From: an uncultured Candidatus Saccharibacteria bacterium
GTDB lineage: Bacteria; Patescibacteriota; Minisyncoccia; Phycocordibacterales; UBA12445
DNA length: 64,000 nt
Assembly: GCA_964531375.1 (NCBI GenBank)
Contig: CAZHDO010000001.1
Coordinates: forward strand, 2,282 to 66,281
Reading direction: 5' to 3'
The notes below the pieces were generated by a model. It was not told where the DNA came from. It saw nothing but the letters and a program-made list of their open reading frames with translations, and did no database searches. The translations under genes were made by a program, and so were the position numbers. Position 1 is the first letter of the stretch; each line of letters begins with the position of its first letter. This document shows, one piece after another, positions 29,453 through 36,488 of this stretch.

Positions 29453-30490
29453 ATGTTTTTAAATAAAATGAAAAAAGAAAATAAGAATATTGGGGAAAAT
29501 TTAAATAAGAGTGAGATTGTTATTTATCAAGATAAAGATAAACGTATCTTTGTAGACGCTGTTCTTGATGAAGATACTGTTTGGTTAAATTTAGATCAAA
29601 TGTCTGTCTTGTTTGATAGGGATAAGTCTGTTATTTCTCGACATATTAAAAATATTTTTGTAGAAAAGGAATTGAGCTATAGTTCAGTTGTTGCAAATTT
29701 TGCAACAACTGCCGCTGATGGAAAAACGTATAAGGTGGATTACTATAATTTAGATATTATTATCTCTGTGGGTTATAGGGTTAAATCAAAAAATGGCGTA
29801 AGTTTTAGAATTTGGGCGACAAAAACTCTCAAGGATCACATTATTAAAGGGTATACATTGAATGCTGATAGGTTAGAAGAAATAAAAGCAAAACAGTTTT
29901 GTGAATTTGAACAAGCGGTTGGTTTGATTAAAAAGACAATAGAAACTAGACAGCTTTCCGGAGGTGAGGAAAGCGGCCTTTTAAAGGTGATTACAGAATA
30001 CACTAACTCCTGGTTGTTATTGCAAAAATACGATGAAGATGGTTTATTTTTGCCAAAGAAGGCAAAAAAATCTTCGTTTTCACTCGAATATGATTTTGCG
30101 TTAAAGGCAATTTCTAATTTAAAGCAAGATTTGATTAAAAAAGGCGAGGCGAGCGCTCTTTTTGGTACAGAAAGATCAAGTCTTCAGGGGATAATAGGAA
30201 ATATTTATCAGACTTTCGGAGGCTCGGAATTATATTTGAGCATAGAAGAGAAGGCGGCACATCTTCTTTATTTTATAATTAAGGACCATCCTTTTTCAGA
30301 TGGAAATAAACGCATTGGTTCTTTTTTGTTTATCGTTTTTCTGGCCCAGAATAAACATTTACTTAAGAGTAACGGCGATAAGAAGATAAATGATAACGCT
30401 TTAGTGGCTATTGCTTTACTTGTGGCGGAAAGTGATCCATTGCACAAAGACACATTGATTAAACTGATAACTAACTTAATTATTGATTAA
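29453..30490 (+). CDS. RhuM-family protein fused to a Fic/Doc domain
   Basis: YNLDIIISVGYRVKS...FRIWA (RhuM) and HPFSDGNKR (Fic). Confidence 0.9.
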   Translation: MFLNKMKKENKNIGENLNKSEIVIYQDKDKRIFVDAVLDEDTVWLNLDQMSVLFDRDKSVISRHIKNIFVEKELSYSSVVANFATTAADGKTYKVDYYNLDIIISVGYRVKSKNGVSFRIWATKTLKDHIIKGYTLNADRLEEIKAKQFCEFEQAVGLIKKTIETRQLSGGEESGLLKVITEYTNSWLLLQKYDEDGLFLPKKAKKSSFSLEYDFALKAISNLKQDLIKKGEASALFGTERSSLQGIIGNIYQTFGGSELYLSIEEKAAHLLYFIIKDHPFSDGNKRIGSFLFIVFLAQNKHLLKSNGDKKINDNALVAIALLVAESDPLHKDTLIKLITNLIID

Positions 30491-30493
30491 AAT

Positions 30494-31339
30494 ATGAAAT
30501 ATAAAATTGGAGTGGCTGGGGTTGGTATGGTTGGTGCACAGGTGAAAAAATGGTTTGAATTAAAAAAGTTTGAAGTTTTTGCTTATGACAGTTTTAAAAA
30601 TATTGGTAAATTTGAGGATTTGCAATCGGCTGATATTGTTTTCGTCTGTTTGCCAACGCCACATAGTAAAAGAAGCGATACTGGGGTGGATGTTGAGGTT
30701 TTTAAGAAATTCTTCCGCAATTTTAATGGGCCTAAAATTTTTGTAATAAAATCGACAGTTCCGCCAGGAACCACTGAGTTTCTTCAAGAAGCTTTTCCTG
30801 ATTACTCTTTTCTTCATAGTCCGGAATTTCTCACTGAGTCTACTGCTTGGGAGGATTTTTCTAAGCCAGTTTTTCAATTACTAGGATATACGGAAAAAAG
30901 TAAGAATATCGCCAACGACGTTATAAAGATATTACCAAGAGGAAAGGTAAACGAGGTGGTAAGAAGTAATGAAAGTGAAATATTTAAATTTACTCGAAAC
31001 GCTTTCTTCGCAATGAAGGTAATTTTTGCTAATCAGATATATGATTTGTCTCAAAAATTCGGTGCTGATTATGATGTTCTTAAGAAATTAATGTTGGCGG
31101 ACCCTTGGATTGGTGGACATCATTTAGAGGTTATTCACAAGGGTTATCGAGGTTTTGGTGGAAAATGTTTACCAAAAGATTTAAAGACCTTTATCAAAGT
31201 GTTTGAAAAAAAGAGAGTTACACCCTCGCTGTTTAATGTCGTAGATCAGATTAATGAAACCATGTTAAAAAAACAAAAACTAGGAGAAACTTTAAAAAAA
31301 TATTGGTTAGGTAATTATAATGAGCCAGAAAAAAAATAA
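30494..31339 (+). CDS. UDP-glucose/GDP-mannose dehydrogenase family protein, short form
   Basis: GVGMVG, CLPTP, KSTVPPGTT, PEFL, GFGGKCLPKD; only 281 aa. Confidence 0.88.
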   Translation: MKYKIGVAGVGMVGAQVKKWFELKKFEVFAYDSFKNIGKFEDLQSADIVFVCLPTPHSKRSDTGVDVEVFKKFFRNFNGPKIFVIKSTVPPGTTEFLQEAFPDYSFLHSPEFLTESTAWEDFSKPVFQLLGYTEKSKNIANDVIKILPRGKVNEVVRSNESEIFKFTRNAFFAMKVIFANQIYDLSQKFGADYDVLKKLMLADPWIGGHHLEVIHKGYRGFGGKCLPKDLKTFIKVFEKKRVTPSLFNVVDQINETMLKKQKLGETLKKYWLGNYNEPEKK

Positions 31340-32342
31340 AAAAGTTTTAATAACTGGAGCTGGTGGTTATATTGGTTCGATTACAACTTACACTTTTCTT
31401 AAAAAAGGTTATGAGGTGGTTGCTGTTGATAATTTCTCTAGAGGATATCGAGAGCCAGTTTCTTTCTTGCAGAAAAAGTTTGGTGAAAATAAATTAAGAT
31501 TTTATGAGGCTGATTTAAACAATAATATTGATTCTGTTTTTGAAAAAGAAAAAGATATTAGTGTGGTTGTTCATTTTGCTGCCTTTTGTCTGGTTAATGA
31601 ATCAATGGAGGATCCTTTTAGGTATTTTAATAATAATTTTTTTGGTTCAGTGAGGCTTCTTGAGGCTATACAGAAAAATGGTGTAAAAAATATAGTATTT
31701 TCTTCGACCTGTGCAACTTATGGTAATGCTGAGTATTTACCAATTAACGAAAAACATCCACAAAATCCGTCCAATCCTTATGGAGAATCTAAGCTATTGG
31801 TAGAAAAGGCAATTAAGTGGCTGGGTAAACTTCAAGGTTTAAATTATTTTATCTTTAGATACTTTAATGTGTGTGGTGCTTCTGATGATGGACTGATCGG
31901 AGATTCCAAGAAGCCATCTGCGCTTCTTGTGCAGAACGCAGTTAAGGGTGCACTCAATATATCTGAGTTCTCTTTAACTTGCCCGCATGTCGATACTAAA
32001 GATAGTACTCCAATACGAGATTATGTTAATGTGGTTGACCTTGCAGAGGCGCATCTTCTTGCTGTTGAGTATTTATTAAAAAATGAAGGACAAGAAATTG
32101 TGAACCTTGGTACCGGTAAAGGTAATTCTGTTTTGGAAATAATCAAAAAAGTTGAGAAAGTCACTGGACATAAATTTGATATTAAAAGATCTGAGGCCAG
32201 AAAGGGTGAAGATAAAGAACTTGTAGCCGATATTCGTAAGGCGAAAAAAATCTTGAACTGGAAACCAAAAAGAACAATAGAGGATAGTATTTTGTCATTA
32301 GTAAAATGGTATAAAAAACATCCAAATGGCTGGTCAAAATAA
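31320..32342 (+). CDS. galE: UDP-glucose 4-epimerase
   Basis: TGAGGYIGS, VHFAA, FSSTCATYG, YGESK, RYFNVCGA, IRDYVNV. Confidence 0.9.
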   Translation: MSQKKNKKVLITGAGGYIGSITTYTFLKKGYEVVAVDNFSRGYREPVSFLQKKFGENKLRFYEADLNNNIDSVFEKEKDISVVVHFAAFCLVNESMEDPFRYFNNNFFGSVRLLEAIQKNGVKNIVFSSTCATYGNAEYLPINEKHPQNPSNPYGESKLLVEKAIKWLGKLQGLNYFIFRYFNVCGASDDGLIGDSKKPSALLVQNAVKGALNISEFSLTCPHVDTKDSTPIRDYVNVVDLAEAHLLAVEYLLKNEGQEIVNLGTGKGNSVLEIIKKVEKVTGHKFDIKRSEARKGEDKELVADIRKAKKILNWKPKRTIEDSILSLVKWYKKHPNGWSK

Positions 32343-33315
32343 AAAAGTTTTAATAACAGGAACGGCTGGGTTTATTGGTTTTAATACAGCGAAGAGACTT
32401 CTTGATGAAGGGGTGTCTGTTGTTGGCGTTGATTGTTTTACTCCGTATTATGATATTAAAATAAAGAAAAAAAGAAACGAGATTCTTTTAAAATATCCTA
32501 ATTATAAATTTTATAAAAAAGATATTTCTGTTTATTCGAATGTCGATAAAATAATAAAAAAAGAAAAACCAGATTCTATTATTCATCTGGCAGCACAAGC
32601 AGGCGTGAGATACTCTCTGGTTAATCCTTGGGCCTATGTTGATGCGAATTACTTAGGGACCTTGAATATTTTTGAAGGTGCTAAAAATAATGGAATTAAG
32701 AAAGTTATTTATGCTTCTTCTAGTTCCGTGTATGGAAGTAATAAAAAAATGCCTTTTTCTGAGAGCGATAGAACAGATAACCCAATTTCGATTTATGCAG
32801 CTTCTAAAAAAGCCAACGAAGTTTTGGCTCATTCTTATTACCATCTTTACGGAATAGAGTCTGCAGGACTTAGATTTTTCACTGTTTACGGAGAATATGG
32901 TCGTCCTGATATGGCGCTTTTTAAATTTGCAAAAAATATTTTACTCGAAAAGGAAATTGAAGTGTACGGTGAGGGTAAAATGGCTCGAGATTTTACATAC
33001 ATAGATGATATTGTTTCTGGAATAATTGGAGCACTTAACAAAGAAAGTCTTGGCTATGAAATTTATAATCTTGGAGGTGGTCAGAGGGTGGCGCTGATGG
33101 AGTATGTGAAATTAATCGAAAAGAATATCGGTAAGACAGCTAAAATAAAAATGTTACCGATGCAGGCAGGGGACGTGAGAGAGACAAGTGCGGATATAAA
33201 TAAGGCAAAAAAAGAAATTGGATATGAACCAAAAACAAGGGTTGAGGTTGGAATTGAAAAATTTGTAAATTGGTTTTTGGATAATCAGAAGTGGCTTTTA
33301 AAGCTTAAGGACTAA
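32326..33315 (+). CDS. UDP-glucuronate 4-epimerase-like SDR (CapI/WbnF type)
   Basis: HLAAQAGVRYS, YAASKK, RFFTVYG, GRPDMA. Confidence 0.9.
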   Translation: MAGQNKKVLITGTAGFIGFNTAKRLLDEGVSVVGVDCFTPYYDIKIKKKRNEILLKYPNYKFYKKDISVYSNVDKIIKKEKPDSIIHLAAQAGVRYSLVNPWAYVDANYLGTLNIFEGAKNNGIKKVIYASSSSVYGSNKKMPFSESDRTDNPISIYAASKKANEVLAHSYYHLYGIESAGLRFFTVYGEYGRPDMALFKFAKNILLEKEIEVYGEGKMARDFTYIDDIVSGIIGALNKESLGYEIYNLGGGQRVALMEYVKLIEKNIGKTAKIKMLPMQAGDVRETSADINKAKKEIGYEPKTRVEVGIEKFVNWFLDNQKWLLKLKD

Positions 33316-33335
33316 TGAATATTAGGATGAGTTAT

Positions 33336-33361
33336 AATTGCACCCTTGTCTGGGTGTAATT
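33336..33361 (+). terminator. Hairpin after the nucleotide-sugar operon
   Basis: aattgcaccc-ttgtct-gggtgtaatt followed by a T-rich tract. Confidence 0.55.
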
Positions 33362-33537
33362 TTGTTTTAATACAACACAAAGTAATAATTCCGCAAATAT
33401 TTAAATATATTTTGGTTGTGGTATATTATATATGTATAGTATTAATAAGTGTCGCTATTGGGTTAATTTTTAAAAACATTATTAATTATTATTAATTTAG
33501 ATATGGTTGTGCGTTTGTGCGCCTATCTCCAATTAGA

Positions 33538-35760
33538 ATGAATAAAATAAGTGCAAGCACAGAAAGCGTGCTAAGAAATATAATCATAGGAGGGTTGTTT
33601 CTAGTGCCGTTTTTACCATTTATAGTTACAGGCTCGATGTTCTTTCCTTTTATCACAGGGAAGAATTTTGCTTTTCGCATAATCATTGAAATTATTTTTT
33701 CGATTTGGGCGATTCTTGCTGTTTTTGATAAGAGCCTTATTCCTAAGAAAAATAATTTACTGCTGGCTGTAGGTAGTTTTGTTGGAATAATCGCAATTGC
33801 TGATATTTTAGGGGTCAATTTTTATCGAAGTTTTTGGTCAAATTATGAAAGAATGGAAGGTTTAGTTTCTTTACTCCATATTTTTGCATATTTTATTTTG
33901 CTTATTTCTGTTTTTACAGAGAGTCTTTGGAGGAAATACTTTAAGGCTATTTTCATTTCAGGAATTGGTTTAATGGTTTACGGTGCGATACAGCTAATGG
34001 GTTGGGCGAACATTAATCAGGGCGGAGTTCGTTTGGATGCGACTTTTGGTAATACCATATACTTTGCCGTTCACATGTTGTTTATTTGTTTCTTATCAGC
34101 GCTCTTTCTTTTCCGAAACAAGATCGGGAATAATGCAAAAACCTGGTTTTATGGTTTGATGTCTTTGTTTTCTGCTTTTTTCCTTTTAGAAACTGCGACC
34201 AGGGGCACCGCTATTGGATTATTGCTTGGTATTGTAACAGCCGCACTCATCGTTTTCTATAAAAGTACCGGCCAACATAAAGAGATTGCAAAATATGTAA
34301 TGGGATCTGTTGTCGCTTTGCTTGTGATTTTCTTATTTGCAAGAAATTTAAGTTTTGTAAAAGAAAGCCCTATTCTTGGTAGATACGCTGAATTGTCCAT
34401 ATCAAGTGTCTTTAATCAGCCAAGATATATGGTTTGGAACATGGCTTTCAAGGGGTTTTTAGAAAATCCAATATTGGGTTGGGGGCAGGATAACTTTAAT
34501 GTAGTGTTTAATAAGTACTATGACCCAAGAATGTACGCACAGGAGCCATGGTTTGATAGGGCTCATGACGTATTTTTTGACTGGTTAATAGCTGGTGGTC
34601 TTCTTGGGCTTTTGTCTTACCTTTCTATTTTTGCAGTTGCTTTGTTTTTTATCTGGGATGAGAAAATAACACGAAGATTTACTCTTGTTGATAGAAGTGT
34701 GATTACGGGCCTTCTTGTTGGTTATTTCGTTCATAATATATTTGTTTTTGACAACCTTATGAGCTATGCGATGTTTTTCGCTATTATCGCTTATATTTAC
34801 AATGAAACTAGATATCAAGATGGTGATGTTAAATTAGAAGATAAAGGAGAAAGAAAGGTTGAACCTTTTCTCGAAGAAGAGTTTGCTGCTTACGTTGCAA
34901 TTTCTTTAGTGATTGTTGGCTTCTTTGGAACTATGTATTTTGTTAATGTAAAACCTATTCTTGCTTCAAAAACTCTCATTCAAGCGCTGTCTACAAGAAG
35001 CTCTTCGGTGAATGATATGAACCAAAGCTTAGATATGTTTAAAAAAGTTTTCTCTTACGGTTCTTTTGGGACCACAGAGGCAAGGGAACAATTAGTGCAA
35101 AGAGCAATAAGTATGTCTCGTGCACAAGATATAGATAATTCTATTAAACAAAACTTTTTCCTTCTTGCAAGAGATGAGATGGAAAAACAGATTGCTGCTA
35201 ATCCGTTAGACGCTAGATATCGGGTTTTCCAAAGCTCACTATTTTCTGCTTATGGTCTTGTTAGTGAAGCCATGAAGAATATTGAGATTGCAAGAGACCT
35301 GTCTCCTAAAAAACAAACTATTCTTTTTGAGCTGGTTGCTGCAAATATAAACAAGGGTGATATAGAGACTGCGCTGTCTATTGCTAAGAACGCTTATGAC
35401 TTGGAGCCAACTTTCGCGGAGTCTAGAAATATTTACACCATCGCTGCTATTTATGCTGGTAAAAATGACGTTGTAGTAGAATTACTAGGAACAAGTACTC
35501 CGCCAGTAGAAGATCGATTCATAAATGCTTATGTTGCAACAAAGCAATACAAGAAAGTTGCTGAGATTTGGTTAAAGAGGATCGAAATGGACCCAAAGAA
35601 TGCCCAGTATCATGTCTATCTCTCTGCGACATATTTAGCGGACAAGCAAAAGGAAAAATCAATTGAAGAGCTTAAAAAGGCGATTGAATTAAATCCAGCC
35701 CTAAAAGACCAAGCAACAAAATTTATAAAAGATATTAGAGCCGGAAAAGTTCCACAGTAA
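33538..35760 (+). CDS. O-antigen ligase (Wzy_C)-family membrane protein with C-terminal TPR repeats
   Basis: Multiple TM helices; ATFGN, TATRG, PILGWG, DRAHD motifs; TPR-like C-terminus. Confidence 0.87.
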   Translation: MNKISASTESVLRNIIIGGLFLVPFLPFIVTGSMFFPFITGKNFAFRIIIEIIFSIWAILAVFDKSLIPKKNNLLLAVGSFVGIIAIADILGVNFYRSFWSNYERMEGLVSLLHIFAYFILLISVFTESLWRKYFKAIFISGIGLMVYGAIQLMGWANINQGGVRLDATFGNTIYFAVHMLFICFLSALFLFRNKIGNNAKTWFYGLMSLFSAFFLLETATRGTAIGLLLGIVTAALIVFYKSTGQHKEIAKYVMGSVVALLVIFLFARNLSFVKESPILGRYAELSISSVFNQPRYMVWNMAFKGFLENPILGWGQDNFNVVFNKYYDPRMYAQEPWFDRAHDVFFDWLIAGGLLGLLSYLSIFAVALFFIWDEKITRRFTLVDRSVITGLLVGYFVHNIFVFDNLMSYAMFFAIIAYIYNETRYQDGDVKLEDKGERKVEPFLEEEFAAYVAISLVIVGFFGTMYFVNVKPILASKTLIQALSTRSSSVNDMNQSLDMFKKVFSYGSFGTTEAREQLVQRAISMSRAQDIDNSIKQNFFLLARDEMEKQIAANPLDARYRVFQSSLFSAYGLVSEAMKNIEIARDLSPKKQTILFELVAANINKGDIETALSIAKNAYDLEPTFAESRNIYTIAAIYAGKNDVVVELLGTSTPPVEDRFINAYVATKQYKKVAEIWLKRIEMDPKNAQYHVYLSATYLADKQKEKSIEELKKAIELNPALKDQATKFIKDIRAGKVPQ

Positions 35761-35763
35761 AGT

Positions 35764-35792
35764 TTGAATAAAATATTTCTTGGTGTTATGAT
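35764..35792 (+). promoter_or_regulatory. Sigma70 promoter P1 (extended -10)
   Basis: TTGAAT-17nt-TATGAT with TG at the extended -10 position. Confidence 0.65.
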
Positions 35793-35797
35793 GTCTG

Positions 35798-35900
35798 TGT
35801 GAGTGTTGTTCGGTGATAAATATTTTATTGAACGGACCTCCATAAACAAGTACAGTGCAAACCCCTTCGTCTATTTATAGATGTCGGGGTTTTGCATTTT
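35798..35900 (+). ncRNA. Putative sRNA 1 (carries anti-SD ACCUCC)
   Basis: Own predicted promoter; GU-containing hairpin 35808-35833; terminator-like hairpin 35856-35896 plus UUUU; no + strand ORF. Confidence 0.6.
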
Positions 35901-35919
35901 ATAAATGTAATGCTAAAAT
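35892..35919 (+). promoter_or_regulatory. Sigma70 promoter P2 (extended -10)
   Basis: TTGCAT-16nt-TAAAAT preceded by TG. Confidence 0.55.
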
Positions 35920-35924
35920 ATCTA

Positions 35925-36050
35925 ATAGAGTTACATTTAGTTAAGATTGGCGGAACGCTCACATTTTTTGTACTTGTGGAGGTAGTATCCGCCGATCTTA
36001 AGTAATTGAAATTTCTTTTAAAAAGGCGGAAAAATATTTCCGTCTTTTTT
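35925..36050 (+). ncRNA. Putative sRNA 2 (long hairpin carrying GGAGGU)
   Basis: 14-bp stem 35941-35954/35988-36001; enclosed segment complementary to sRNA 1; intrinsic terminator 36020-36050. Confidence 0.62.
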
Positions 36051-36143
36051 ATTTTGTAAAATAGTTTATTTTAGATTTATTTTTCTAAAACATATTATTT
36101 TTAAATTTTTTCTTAAATATTTTTTGGAAAATTATAGAAAAAG

Positions 36144-36152
36144 TTATCCACA
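36144..36152 (+). promoter_or_regulatory. Consensus DnaA box
   Basis: TTATCCACA, single copy. Confidence 0.5.
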
Positions 36153-36288
36153 TCTTACATTATTTTTTTATCTGTGAGATAATTAACAAATAGAGCGACA
36201 TCTTAATTAAGAATTTTAAAATATTTTTAAAATATTTTAAAAAATTAAAAAGGTCGGATGTCGTCTAATATCTAAATAAAAAAATAAA

Positions 36289-36369
36289 ATGGTAGTTAAA
36301 AAAGCAGTAAAGAAAGTTGTAAAGAAGGCTGCAAAGAAAGCAGTAAAGAAAGTTGCAAAGAAGAAATAG
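36289..36369 (+). CDS. 26-aa lysine-rich, histone-H1-tail-like peptide MVVKKAVKKVVKKAAKKAVKKVAKKK
   Basis: ATG to TAG in frame; strict xxKK periodicity with mixed synonymous codons; own terminator. Confidence 0.75.
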   Translation: MVVKKAVKKVVKKAAKKAVKKVAKKK

Positions 36370-36378
36370 TATTTTTGC

Positions 36379-36414
36379 AAAAAAGAAAACCTCCAAATGG
36401 GGGTTTTCTTTTTT
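36379..36414 (+). terminator. Intrinsic terminator of the basic-peptide gene
   Basis: aaaaaagaaaacctcc-aaat-gggggttttcttttttt. Confidence 0.8.
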
Positions 36415-36488
36415 TGTTGTCCAGCCTGTTATTTTAACCTTATTCTGTTATACTAGAAGCTAATCAGATAATCGTTATTTAAACATTT

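Noticed and set aside
35616-35849. Minus-strand ORF as a type I toxin for the sRNA pair
   Set aside because: Largely antisense to the ligase gene and not a short hydrophobic TM peptide; no start codon follows GGAGGT on either strand.
35925-36050. SRP RNA, 6S RNA, tmRNA or RNase P identity for sRNA 2
   Set aside because: No SRP domain IV motif (CAGG-GNRA-AGCA), too short for a typical 6S, no tRNA-like ends and no GAGGAAAGUC; a formal Rfam scan is still needed.
36050-36250. Possible oriC (AT-rich tract with a DnaA box)
   Set aside because: Only one consensus box seen, and no dnaA/dnaN nearby; better explained as a promoter region.
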